Counted from the first letter of the stretch, positions 11,542-22,185 are shown. The stretch is DNA of 64,000 bases from an uncultured Acidimicrobiaceae bacterium (GCA_963703105.1 OY969792.1:2311385-2375384), one strand, 5' to 3'. A program made the numbers and translations. Notes: a model not told the origin generated them from the sequence alone.

Positions 11542-12618
11542 ATGACCGACGTCCCGCTCGCCCGAACACGCCAGAGACTTCCCCTTTGGCGACGTGGCTT
11601 CGTCGGAGGTTTGGCTCTCGTGAGTGCGTTCGCGTTCGTATCTTTGTCGGTCACGTCGGCGCGCGCTCAAGGAGCACCGACATTTACGGCCTACCCTCAC
11701 ACGGGCGTCGCTACTCCCAGCGGTCTTGCCGCGGCCGGGAAATACGTCTGGATTTCCGACTGGGGAAGAGGATTCAAGAAGCGCGGCCAGATCGTTCGCG
11801 TCGACATTTCGACGGGCGCGACCCGCTCCGTCTCCAACCGATTCATCTCGCTTCCTTCCGTCATCGCGGCGTCTGATCGTTATGCCTGGGTGATGAACAA
11901 GACGTACAAAGAAGTGTGGTCACTCCTCCGCATCGATACCAACACGTTGTCCGTCACGCGCGTCAAAATCAGTGCGGCGGAGAGCGCCGGCATCGGCTAC
12001 GAGGGCGACCCGATCGTCCTCGCGGGTGGCTACGTCTGGATTCCCGGTCCTCAAGGAATAATTCGCGTCAGTACCTCGACGTTGGTGACATCGACTATCA
12101 AGTCCCGATTGATAGCCGGGCCGCTCTTTCACGTAGTCGCGGATGCTCACTATCTCTGGATGAACGTACCCGTTTCGTCGAATGGGCCGCTCTATAGGTC
12201 CTTCATTCGAATTTCCTTGCGGACCGGGGTGGTGACCAACGTGAGTCTCCCTGGCGTCGAGGGCGGAATACCTCTTGGAGATGACGGGATCAATATGTGG
12301 GTGCAGAATAAGCGGGGAATCCAGAAGGTCAATCCATCGACCGGGGCCGTCACGATGATCGAGGTCCCACGAGATGCGCAGGTCACGATTCCGGTGAATG
12401 GACAGCCCGCCGTGGCGAACGGGATCATCTACTTCTGTGCGGGTCTGGTCGCGCAGAGTCACACTGGCGTGGTCGGTATTGGAATTCACACGGGTATCGC
12501 CGGGATCGTCTCCTCACCGTTGATTTACCAGGCGCACTTCGTGAGCGCGGCGAACGGGTTTGCCTGGGTCGTCAACTATCCCGTGCCCGGCAAACCTCTA
12601 CTCGTGCGAATCTCATGA
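11542..12618 (+). CDS. Secreted beta-propeller-like hypothetical protein with Tat-like signal
   Basis: WRRGFV plus hydrophobic stretch plus ARA; repeated G-x-[VL]W[VI] blades; lower GC than flanks. Confidence 0.6.
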   Translation: MTDVPLARTRQRLPLWRRGFVGGLALVSAFAFVSLSVTSARAQGAPTFTAYPHTGVATPSGLAAAGKYVWISDWGRGFKKRGQIVRVDISTGATRSVSNRFISLPSVIAASDRYAWVMNKTYKEVWSLLRIDTNTLSVTRVKISAAESAGIGYEGDPIVLAGGYVWIPGPQGIIRVSTSTLVTSTIKSRLIAGPLFHVVADAHYLWMNVPVSSNGPLYRSFIRISLRTGVVTNVSLPGVEGGIPLGDDGINMWVQNKRGIQKVNPSTGAVTMIEVPRDAQVTIPVNGQPAVANGIIYFCAGLVAQSHTGVVGIGIHTGIAGIVSSPLIYQAHFVSAANGFAWVVNYPVPGKPLLVRIS

Positions 12619-12653
12619 TCGATATCACTCCATGTCCCTAGAGAAAAAGGTTC

Positions 12654-13205
12654 ATGAACGAGGCGTCTGAGGTCGTCGGCCGCCGCGTCCTCGTCGACGG
12701 GATGATGGGATCCGGGAAGAGCACGTTTGCGCGTGCGCTCGGAGCACGGTCCGGCTTGCCCGTGATTCACCTCGACGTCCACTACTGGAGACCGGACTGG
12801 GTACGTCCGTCGGAAGACGAGTGGCGGGAGCGACAACGTGCTCTGCTCGCTCGCGAAGCGTGGATCATCGATGGCAACTACAACGAAAGCCTTGGCCTTC
12901 GGCTTGAACGCGCAGAAACGGTCGTTTGGCTCACAACTCCTTGGTGGTTGTGCGCGAGTCGCGCGTTCGTGAGAGGGTTTCGGAAGCCAATTGGCGAGAT
13001 GCCCGACGGTTGCCGGGACTCGATCAGCCGACGCTTGCGCGACGAGTGGGGTGGGGTGGGAAGGATTTGGCGCAACCGACGTTTAGAACCTGACTTGGTA
13101 CGCTCCGAAATCTTGCGGCACGGCGCCCACACGAGAGTGCACGTGCTGCGTTCGCGGCGGGAGGCGAGGGCATTCCTCGACTCGGTTCGTCGTCTTTCGT
13201 CGTAA
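12654..13205 (+). CDS. Adenylate-kinase-like P-loop protein (FlaR / topology modulation family)
   Basis: GMMGSGKST, IHLDVHYW, WIIDGNY. Confidence 0.8.
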   Translation: MNEASEVVGRRVLVDGMMGSGKSTFARALGARSGLPVIHLDVHYWRPDWVRPSEDEWRERQRALLAREAWIIDGNYNESLGLRLERAETVVWLTTPWWLCASRAFVRGFRKPIGEMPDGCRDSISRRLRDEWGGVGRIWRNRRLEPDLVRSEILRHGAHTRVHVLRSRREARAFLDSVRRLSS

Positions 13206-13216
13206 TCAAACGGACT

Positions 13217-13252
13217 ACGGCGCCGGTAGCGTCGAACCTATGACTGACGTCA
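13217..13252 (+). repeat. Degenerate direct repeat of the E2 gene promoter and first codons (13681-13716)
   Basis: acggcgccggtagcgtcgaacctATGactgacgtca vs acggcaccgttagtcttgatgccATGacagacgtca; 27/36 identical, ungapped. Confidence 0.55.
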
Positions 13253-13383
13253 TGCGGAATAAATGTACCCAGAGCACCGTAAGTAATCGTGGTCAGAAAC
13301 GGCCGGATTCAGCCTGAATGGCTTTGGTGCTAGTCCGGTCTTGTGACAACGTGAGAAAGGATTGCTTCGTGGAAGAAGAACCT

Positions 13384-13641
13384 ATGCCAGGTCCGCACGA
13401 ACCCTTCAGAGTCACCCGCGCATATATCCCTGGACGAGTAGGTACCACAGGAGCAATCGAGATAGTTCATGACGCTCGGTCGTTCAGTACTCCGTGCGAA
13501 GTATTCCGCCACGGCGACGGCATCAATCTCAGAATCTATGGACGAGAGGGTTCTGTCGAATGGGACTTGGATGCTTCAGAATTCCTGAACGCGCTGGCAA
13601 CCGCGAAGCACGTTGCAGAGGAGAGTGACTCGCCGCCGTAG
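13384..13641 (+). CDS. Hypothetical protein
   Basis: Open frame in a low-GC segment; no recognised motif; start uncertain. Confidence 0.45.
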   Translation: MPGPHEPFRVTRAYIPGRVGTTGAIEIVHDARSFSTPCEVFRHGDGINLRIYGREGSVEWDLDASEFLNALATAKHVAEESDSPP

Positions 13642-13703
13642 GCTCCGGGGCGCACCCTGTACCACATCGCTCCTTCGTAAACGGCACCGTTAGTCTTGAT
13701 GCC

Positions 13704-14948
13704 ATGACAGACGTCACACTTCCGTCCCTGGGCGAATCGGTCACTGAAGGAATCATCACGCAGTGGTTCAAGAAGGTGGGCGACACGGTTGCGCGCGACG
13801 AGCCACTCTTCGAAGTATCGACGGACAAAGTTGACTCCGAGATGCCGTCGCCGGCTGCCGGCGTTCTAACCCAAATCCTCGCCGAAGAGGGCGACACCGT
13901 TGAAACCGGCTCGCGCGTTGCCGTCATCGATGATTCCCCTTCAGCGACACCGGCCGCGCCGAGCGCGCCGAGCACGCCGAACGCACCGACCCGGCCCGAT
14001 GCACCGAGCGCACCCTCGACGCCGACGTCCTTCGAACCGCGCACGGGAGAGGTCGCGCCTGCGCCGACCTCGAGTCCACCGCCGACGGCCACGAACGACG
14101 ATGACACGGTCAACGGCGTCGTGGTGTCACCGGTCGTCCGGAGGATCCTCGCTGACGGCGGGGTGGAAGCTTCGACCCTCCAAGGCAGTGGGCCGGGCGG
14201 GTCCATCACCCGTCGTGACGCCGAGAGAGCCGTCTTGGATGGTCCGACCGAAGAGTTGGTGGTCGCGCTTTCCAACGGTCGTCGACGCATGGGTCAGCAC
14301 ATGGCAGTTTCGGCTCAGGTCACCCCCCACGGCTTCGTGGCTGTTGAAGCCGACGGTGCGGTCTTCGCCAAACTCGATACGCTCGGTCGCTCGACCCGCG
14401 ACGGCGTGGCGATCACCGACGAAATGCTGGTGAGTCTGGCCGCCGTGCGCGCCTTGGCCGAGTTTGAATTCCTGAACGCCACCTTCACCGGCGAGGACCT
14501 CGTCGTACACCGCACGGTCAATCTGGGACTGGTCCGGTCGGTGTCCGAAGACGGCATGCTCGTGCCGGTCGTGCACGCCGCCGCCGGATTGACCCTTCGA
14601 GCGCTCGCCCGCCGAGTGAGTGAACTCGACGAACGGGTGACGTCTCGTCATCTCACGACCGATGATCTCATGGGTGGGACCTTCACGGTGCTCGGTGCAC
14701 CGAGCGCCAACGCGTTGTGGTCCGAACCGATCATTATTCAGCCGCAGGTCGCCGTGCTCTCCCTGGGCGCCGTCCGCGAGGTACCGGTCGTCGTAACCCA
14801 TGAGGGTGTCGCCACCGTGGAGATTGGGCGCCGGCTCGTCTTGGGGCTCTCCTTCGATCACCGGGTCTGTGAGCCCGTGGCCGCGGCGCGTTACCTCGAA
14901 CGGGTGGGTCAGTTACTCGCCGGACTCGACGTCGAAGGCGAGCGCTAG
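13704..14948 (+). CDS. 2-oxoacid dehydrogenase E2 component (DlaT/SucB-like), one lipoyl domain
   Basis: Lipoyl motif STDKVDSE, Pro/Ala linker, subunit-binding domain (GSGPGGSITRRD), C-terminal SFDHR. Confidence 0.85.
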   Translation: MTDVTLPSLGESVTEGIITQWFKKVGDTVARDEPLFEVSTDKVDSEMPSPAAGVLTQILAEEGDTVETGSRVAVIDDSPSATPAAPSAPSTPNAPTRPDAPSAPSTPTSFEPRTGEVAPAPTSSPPPTATNDDDTVNGVVVSPVVRRILADGGVEASTLQGSGPGGSITRRDAERAVLDGPTEELVVALSNGRRRMGQHMAVSAQVTPHGFVAVEADGAVFAKLDTLGRSTRDGVAITDEMLVSLAAVRALAEFEFLNATFTGEDLVVHRTVNLGLVRSVSEDGMLVPVVHAAAGLTLRALARRVSELDERVTSRHLTTDDLMGGTFTVLGAPSANALWSEPIIIQPQVAVLSLGAVREVPVVVTHEGVATVEIGRRLVLGLSFDHRVCEPVAAARYLERVGQLLAGLDVEGER

Positions 14949-16574
14949 ATGCTGCGCCGGCGCCACCTGGGGCGGATCTCCTTCGCCGAGGCGAACGACT
15001 TCCAGCGGGCGTTACTCCAGTCGAGTGACGACTACGTCTTGGTGTTCGAACACCCTCCGACCTACACGCGAGGCATCCGGACGCAGGAGGAGCACTTCTT
15101 GGTGCCCCCGGAGTCGCTGAACGCCGTCGTCATCGATGCCGACCGCGGCGGAGACGTCACGTATCACGCGCCCGGCCAGGTCGTCGCATGGGCCATCGTC
15201 ACGGTCGACGATGATCCGTCGGCCGGCAAACTTCACGTCACCCGATTAGAGGACGCCGTCATCGCGACCGTGCGTTACTTCGACCCGGAAGGTCGACTGG
15301 GCCAGGTCGATCGGCTCGACGGATATCCCGGGGTGTGGGCCGACGTCGATGGCGTCCCGTCGAAGATCGCCGCGGTCGGCGTGCGAACCGAGCGCAACGA
15401 CAAGGGACTTCGTCGAACGTTGCACGGCGTCGCTTTGAACGTCGACATCGACATGGAGGGATTTACGGCCATCGTCCCTTGTGGCATCGCCGACAAGCCG
15501 GTCGGCTCGATGACGTCGCTCGGACTGACCGTCAACGCGTTGGAGGTGGACGAGCGTCTCGGCGTCGAACTGGAAGATCGTCTCGGGGGGCCGGCGCATG
15601 TCGCGCGCGTCGAACGTAGCGCGGCGTCGACGGGTGACGAGCGACCGATGTTGCGACGACTTCGCCGCGCCGGTGTCGATCCCGAAGCGGGCGTGCCGAT
15701 TCGCAGCCGAAAGCCGGAGTGGTTGCGCATAGAGGCGCACATGGGCGAGGAGTACCAGTCGCTGCGCACGCTCACGCAAGACCTGCGACTGGTGACGGTC
15801 TGCGAGGAAGCGGGCTGTCCGAACATCTTCGAATGCTGGTCGGCCGGGACCGCCACGTTCATGGTGAACGGTGAACGATGCACCAGGGCGTGCGGCTTCT
15901 GTCTGATCGATACGCGCAAGCCCCTCGCCCTGGACCCGACCGAGCCCGAGCGCGTTGCCGAGGCCGTCGTGCGACTGAATCTGGCGCACGCGGTGATCAC
16001 CTGCGTGGCGCGCGACGACCTGGCCGACGGCGGCGCCGGCGCGATCGCGGCGACGGTTCGCGCCATTCGCGAACGCTCACCCGAGACCGACGTTGAGGTG
16101 CTCACTAGCGATCTCAAAGGCGACGCGGCGTCGCTGCAACTGATCATCGACGCGCGGCCCGACGTCTTGAACCACAACGTCGAGACGGTCGCGCGGCTGC
16201 AACGGGCCGTTCGACCGAGTGCCGGGTACCTGCGCTCGCTCACCGTTTTGGCACGAAGTGTGCGCGCTGGTCTCACTACGAAGTCCGGGCTGATGGTCGG
16301 ACTCGGTGAGAGTGCCGACGAAGTCGAAGAGACGCTGGCCGACATGGCCGCCGTCGGCGTCTCGATCGCCACGATCGGCCAGTACCTGCGTCCCACGGCC
16401 GACCACCTGCCGGTGGCGCGGTGGTGGGAGCCGCGGGAGTTCGACGACCTGGCCGAACGGGGGCGGCGCCTGGGACTCAAGCACGTCCAGTCGTCGCCGC
16501 TCACGCGGTCGAGTTACCACGCCCGCGAAGCCCTGAGCGACGCCACACCGGTGGCGGCGCCCCGTCGTCGCTAG
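14949..16574 (+). CDS. lipA: Fused octanoyltransferase LipB / lipoyl synthase LipA
   Basis: LipB motifs EHPPTYT, DRGGDVTYH, KIAAVG, HGVALN, IVPCG. LipA motifs CEEAGCPNIFEC, CTRACGFC, RSSYHA. Confidence 0.9.
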   Translation: MLRRRHLGRISFAEANDFQRALLQSSDDYVLVFEHPPTYTRGIRTQEEHFLVPPESLNAVVIDADRGGDVTYHAPGQVVAWAIVTVDDDPSAGKLHVTRLEDAVIATVRYFDPEGRLGQVDRLDGYPGVWADVDGVPSKIAAVGVRTERNDKGLRRTLHGVALNVDIDMEGFTAIVPCGIADKPVGSMTSLGLTVNALEVDERLGVELEDRLGGPAHVARVERSAASTGDERPMLRRLRRAGVDPEAGVPIRSRKPEWLRIEAHMGEEYQSLRTLTQDLRLVTVCEEAGCPNIFECWSAGTATFMVNGERCTRACGFCLIDTRKPLALDPTEPERVAEAVVRLNLAHAVITCVARDDLADGGAGAIAATVRAIRERSPETDVEVLTSDLKGDAASLQLIIDARPDVLNHNVETVARLQRAVRPSAGYLRSLTVLARSVRAGLTTKSGLMVGLGESADEVEETLADMAAVGVSIATIGQYLRPTADHLPVARWWEPREFDDLAERGRRLGLKHVQSSPLTRSSYHAREALSDATPVAAPRRR

Positions 16575-16643
16575 CCGGTCACTGTTGCGTTAACCAAGTT
16601 GGTGCCGAGGGGTCACCGGGAGTTCGACGGTGACCGTGGAAAG

Positions 16644-16665
16644 TGTCGCAGGGGTGTGGAATACT
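16644..16665 (+). promoter_or_regulatory. Putative PafBC-type (RecA-independent) promoter
   Basis: TGTCGC-N10-AATACT, 6 nt before ATG 16672; resembles TGTCGG-N10-TANNNT. Confidence 0.45.
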
Positions 16666-16671
16666 TCCGCC

Positions 16672-17436
16672 ATGCCCAAACTAGACACCCACCCAAATGG
16701 AATACCGAGCTGGATCGACGTGATGGTCGAGACCGAAGAACAGCAACAAGCACTCATGAACTTCTACACCTCGCTCTACGGATGGTCGTGGGACCTCGGT
16801 GATGAACAGATGGGTTTCTACTCCATCGCCAACAGCGACGGTGCCCCCGTCATGGGCCTCGGTCGAGGACCAGGGTCCGCGGGCGCCATGGTGCCGTACT
16901 TCGCGACCGACGACATCAACGCCTCGGCCGCCAAAGCGGCCGAACTCGGCGGCACCGTCTTCATGGGACCGATGGAGGTTCCCGAAGCCGGCACGATGGC
17001 GTTGGTGAGCGATCCCACCGGAGCCGTCCACGGCCTCTGGCAAGGCGGCAACTTCAAGGGCTTCGGCGTCGCCTACGAGGCCAACGCGCCCGGGTGGTTC
17101 GACCACGCCTCGAGTGACCCGGCCGCCGCCGCGGCCTACTATCAGGGCTTGACCGGTCACAGCGTCATCGAGCCCGAACCGGGTATGCGGGTCCTCACCG
17201 CCGGCGAGCAGTGGTTCGCCAGTGTCTCGGAGAACCAGGTGGCCGACCGGCCGGCCGCGCAGTGGAACTCGATCTACGTCGTCGAGAAACTGGAAGAGGC
17301 GCGCAACAAGGTCCGCGAGCTCGGCGGAACAATCGTTCTTGAAGAGATGCCCGTGCCGGGCAGCGCGATCTCGGTCTTCGTGGAGCCGGTAATGAATACG
17401 GCCGTCACGATCATGGGAGCCGGAAGTCACGAGTAG
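16672..17436 (+). CDS. Two-domain VOC (glyoxalase/bleomycin resistance) protein
   Basis: PSWID, FYTSLYGW, AAELGG, DPTGAVHGLWQ, PGWFD. Confidence 0.85.
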   Translation: MPKLDTHPNGIPSWIDVMVETEEQQQALMNFYTSLYGWSWDLGDEQMGFYSIANSDGAPVMGLGRGPGSAGAMVPYFATDDINASAAKAAELGGTVFMGPMEVPEAGTMALVSDPTGAVHGLWQGGNFKGFGVAYEANAPGWFDHASSDPAAAAAYYQGLTGHSVIEPEPGMRVLTAGEQWFASVSENQVADRPAAQWNSIYVVEKLEEARNKVRELGGTIVLEEMPVPGSAISVFVEPVMNTAVTIMGAGSHE

Positions 17437-17611
17437 TCGTCGCGGCATTATCCAGTTTCTCCAGGCTTTACCATCACTTGAGAATTTGAGTCTGCGTGGT
17501 CGTGCCGTTTGCCGTCCCGAGTGGTAGAAACGGTCCGTGTTAGCGAGAGACGTCCCTGACCGCTGATTGGCTGCGGGATCGGGCACCGGGCCCCCGGATG
17601 AAGGAGTGACG

Positions 17612-18046
17612 TTGACCATTCGTTCCAATCATTTGACCGGACGGATCCGAGGAGCTGTGGGTGCAGCGCTGGCCACCGTGGTTCTCTTGGTCTCGATGGG
17701 CGCGACTTCCGCTTCGGCGTCGAGTTATCGCTCTGCGAGCTCGAGCGCCTTTTGCACGACAATCTTCACCTATCATCCCACCGTCGCGCCGAGCCCCAAG
17801 AACCTGAAGTCGTACAAGGCCTGGGCCAAGGCCCTCGAGCCCTTCTACGAGCAGCTGGCCTCGGAAGCTCCGAACACCGCCACGAAGGCCATCCTCAGCG
17901 AAGTGGTCGTCGTCTTGAAGTACTACGTGAGCAGTTCCAGCATCACCAAGCTCGACGCCAGTGTTCTCAAGTACCAGGCGAAGTGGGCCGCCGGGGCCAA
18001 GGCGCTCGCCAAGGCCGTCGAGTCGTGCGCCAAGACGTTGGAGTGA
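17612..18046 (+). CDS. Secreted helical hypothetical protein
   Basis: SD AAGGAG, signal peptide ending ASA, two Cys. Confidence 0.6.
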   Translation: MTIRSNHLTGRIRGAVGAALATVVLLVSMGATSASASSYRSASSSAFCTTIFTYHPTVAPSPKNLKSYKAWAKALEPFYEQLASEAPNTATKAILSEVVVVLKYYVSSSSITKLDASVLKYQAKWAAGAKALAKAVESCAKTLE

Positions 18047-18563
18047 TCGCACGGCCGAGCTGAAGCGTCCGTGGGCCCGAACGCCCCGAGGTCCACTGCA
18101 CGAACCGCGTCGCGAGCAGGGAATCGCGATGCTCGCGACGCTGCTCACCCTCATCATCTTGGCCGTGATGGTCGTGATCATGTTCAACACCTTGAGCGGC
18201 TCGCCGTCGAGCACGGGCACGGGCACCACGATTCCCGGCGCGACCTCGACCACGACGGCGCCCACAACGCCCGGGAGCGGCGCGCAGGAGGCGGCCGCCT
18301 CGGCCTGCCGGGCCAACTACCAAGCGATCGAGACGGCACTCGCCGACTACCGCGCTCTTAACGGTTCGTCGCCGGCGGCCGGAATCGCGTGGGCGACGGC
18401 CTCGACCAATGGTGGTCCGTTCATGCAGGTCTGGCCCGAGAGTGCGCCGTATTACTCCATCACCTGGAACGGAGCGCAGTTGAGCGTCATCCCCGTGAGG
18501 GGGGCGCCCTCGCACGGGGATGACGGGACCAGCTCTCCCAAGTCCGGCTGCTTCGCGGCGTGA
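18043..18563 (+). CDS. Type IV pilin/pseudopilin-like protein (start approximate)
   Basis: RREQG|IAMLATLLTLIILAVMVV prepilin-like N-terminus; ACRANYQAIETALADYRALNG helix; C-terminal Cys. Confidence 0.55.
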
Positions 18564-18626
18564 GCCGCTCGACTGGCCGAGACCGAATCGGACTACTTCG
18601 TTAGTCCTAACGTCACGACGTGGAAG

Positions 18627-21600
18627 TCACGCGACGAAGTACTTGGCCATCGGGTGAGACAGATGATCGCGTCGGTGGTCTGTTCCGGATGTAGTTGGAA
18701 TCCCTCGGAGACCGTGACGCCGATGCGCTCGCTCTCGAGCAGTCGGGCGACCTTGGCGTTGTCGGTGAGATCGGGACAGGCCGGGTAACCCCAGGAGTAG
18801 CGTCCCCCGCGGTACTGCTGACGAAAGAGCCCCGTCAGCGTCGGGCCGTCCTCTTCGACGAAGCCGAGTTCGCCGCGAATGCGCTTGTGCCACATCTCGG
18901 CGAGCGCCTCGGCCATCTCGACGCCGAGGCCGTGCAGCATGAGGTAGTCGGTGTAGTGGTTCTCGGCGAAGAGTTCCTGACAGCGCTCCGAGACGCGCGC
19001 GCCCATGGTCACGAGCATGAAGCTGGCGTAGTCCAGATCACTGCTGTCGACCGAACGGAAGAAGTCGGCGATGCAGAGGAAGGGCGCCACGATCTGGCGC
19101 GGGAACGTGAAGCGCGTGAGCTCGCTGGTGCGGGTGTCGTCGCCGTAGAGAATGAGGTCGTTGCCTTCCGAGGCCACGGCGAAGTGACCCCACACCACCT
19201 GGGGCACCAGGAGGGACTCCTCCTTGGCGATGGCCAACTGCTCGCGCAGCGTGGCGCTCACGCGCTCTTTGAACGCCGGGTCGTCCTCGCCGTTCTCGGG
19301 CCGAAAGCCCCACTGGTTGCGAAAGAGCGCGGTCAGGTTGAGGTACTCGCTGATCTCGTCGACGGACATGCCCTTGGCGACGCGGCTGCCGAGGAACGGC
19401 GGCGTGAAGATGGGGTTGTCGTCCTCCACGTCGGGGCTTCGACTGGGCAGCCCTTCGGGCACCTCGCCGGCCTCGCCTCGGATCCGGCGAAAGACCTTGC
19501 GTTCGGAGATCTCGCGACCGAAGGTGAGGTCCTCCTCGTCGCTTCGGCGCAGTTCACCCAACCGGTCCAACACCCGTAGTCCCTCGAAGGCGTCCTTGCC
19601 GTAGAAGACGCGTCCGGAGTAGACCTGACGGAGGTCGCGCTCGACGTAGGTCCGCGTCAGAGCGGCGCCGCCGAGCAGGACCGGGACGTGGCTCATGCCC
19701 CGCTCGTTCATCAACTCCAGGTTCTCGCGCATGATCAAGCGTGCTCTTCACCAGGAGGCCGCTCATCCCCAGGGCGTCGGCCTGGTGCTCTTCGAGGGCG
19801 CTCAGCATCTCGTTGACGCCGACCTTGATGCCGAGGTTGAAGACCTCGTAGCCGTTGTTGGTGAGGATGATGTCGACCAGGTTCTTACCGATGTCGTGCA
19901 CGTCACCCTTGACGGTGGCGAGCACGACGCGCCCGCGCCCGCCCTGATCGCTCTTTTCCATGTGGGGCTCCAGGTGGGCGACCGCCGACTTCATCGTCTC
20001 GGCGCTTTGCAAGACGAAGGGGAGCTGCATCTCCCCGGAGGCGAAGAGGTCCCCGACCTCGCGCATGCCGTCGAGGAGGAGTTGGTTGACGATGTCGAGC
20101 GGCGCCATGCCCTCGGCCATCGCCACGTCGAGATCGCCCTCGAGCCCGACGCGCGCGCCGTCGATGATGCGACGGCGCAGTCGGTCGTTGAGTTCGAGGT
20201 CGTCGAGCGACGCGGTCGAGGCGCTGGGACGTCGAGACGCCCTCGTAGAGGCCGAGCAGCACGGTGAGCGGGTCGTAGTCGTCACTGCGTCGGTCGTAGA
20301 TGAGATCGAGGCAGACCCGTCGGGCCTCCTCGTCGATGCGATTGAGCGGCAAGAGCTTGGAGGCGTGCACGATGGCGGCGTCGAGGCCGGCGTCCGCGCA
20401 CTCGTGCAAGAAGACGCTGTTCAACACCTGGCGCGCGCCCGGATTGAGCCCGAAGGAGATGTTGGAGAGCCCGAGGATCGTGCGCACGCCCGGCAGCTCG
20501 GACTTGATTCGTCGAATCGCCTCGATCGTCTCGATGCCGTCGCGCCGCGACTCGACCATCCCGGTCGAGAGCGGCAAGCGCCAACGTATCGATGAAGATG
20601 TCCTGGGGGTCGAGGCCGTAGCGCGAGACGGCGAGGTCGGTGATCGCGCGCGCGGCGCGCACCTTCCACTCGGCCGTTCGCGCCTGCCCCTCTTCGTCGA
20701 TGCAGGTCGCGACGATGGCCGCGCCGAACTCGGCGGCGAGTGAGAGGAATCCATCGAGACGGGTCCCCGGTCCGTCGCCTTCTTCGAGGTTGACCGAGTT
20801 GAGGAGAGCCTTGCCCCCGAGCCAGGTGAGCGCCTGACGCGCGACCTTGGTCTCGGTAGTGTCGACCATGATCGGCACCGACGACTGTGTGGCCAAGCGG
20901 CTCATCAGCTCGTTCATGTCGGCGACGCCGTCGGCCCCGGTGTAGTCGACGCAGACGTCGAGGATGTGCGCGCCCTCTTTGATCTGGTCGCGGCCGATGC
21001 CGACGCAGGTGTCCCAGTCGCCTTCGAGCATGGCGTCGCGGAACTTCTTGGAGCCGTTGGCGTTGGTGCGTTCGCCGACCAACAGCACGGAGCGGTCCTG
21101 CTGGTAGTTCGTCGCCGAGTAGATCGACGCCACGGCCGGTTCGAGCGTCGCCGAGCGCGCGCTGCGCGTCAGCGGGCGCACGACTTCGACGACGCGCGCG
21201 ATGTGGTCCGGGGTGGTGCCGCAACATCCCCCGACGACCTGCACGCCATACTCGGTGACGAACTTCGACAGGTGCTCGGCCAAGCGCGTCGGGCGTGAGG
21301 TCGTAGTGCATCCGGCCGTCGACCACACTCGGGAGCCCGGCGTTGGGCAGGCACGAGAGCGGGACCGGCGAGGTCTCGGAGAGCGTGCGCAGCGGTTCGT
21401 ACATCTCGACCGGCCCGGTCGCGCAGTTCAGTCCGAGCACGTCGACGCCGAGCGGGCTTAAGGCCGTCACCGCGGCCCCGATCTCGGTGCCGGGCAACAT
21501 GCGCCCGGTCAGTTCGATCGTGACCTGCGCCTGGATCGGCACGACGCGCCCGTGTCGGACCATAGCGCGATGACACGCCGCGATGGCGGCCTTCCCTGAG

Positions 21601-22137
21601 AGAAGGTCGTAGACCGTTTCGACGAGGAGGAGGTCGACGCCGCCCTCGAGCAGCCCGAGCGCCATCTCTTCGTAGCTGGCCGAGAGGTCGTCGTAGGTGA
21701 TCTGACCGAGCGACGGGAACTTCGTCCCCGGTCCCATCGAGCCGGCGACGAAGCGCGGCGACGCAGGGACTGGCGTAGGAGTCAGCGACGCGACGCGCGA
21801 TCTCAGCCGACACCCGAGCCAACTCGCGGGACCGATCGGCGATCCCGTACTCGGCGAGCACGACCGAGAAGGCGCCGAAGGAGTCGGTCTCGATGACGTC
21901 GGCGCCGACGTCGAGGAACGAGCGGTGCAACGCTTCGACGGCGTCGGGTTTCGTGACGACCAGTATCTCGTTGCAGCCTTCGAGCGAGGCGCCGCCGAAG
22001 TCGTCGGCGTGCAGGTCCTGCAGCTGGAAGTTCGTCCCGGTCGCGCCGTCGTAGATGAGAACGCGTTCGCCCAGTGCGCGCAGATAGGGGTCGTTCGCGT
22101 TCGGTCGAGCGAAGGGCGGTCGCGCGGGGGACTCCAT
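18627..22137 (-). CDS. metH: Cobalamin-dependent methionine synthase, frameshifted
   Basis: [52 protein letters not shown]. Confidence 0.95.
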
Positions 22138-22185
22138 TGAGTCATCAGGCTACCCGTACACCCGTAAATCACTACGCTTGACGAC

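Noticed and set aside
22138-22185. Possible cobalamin or SAM riboswitch between metH and pduO
   Set aside because: The gap is under 50 nt and has no riboswitch motifs.
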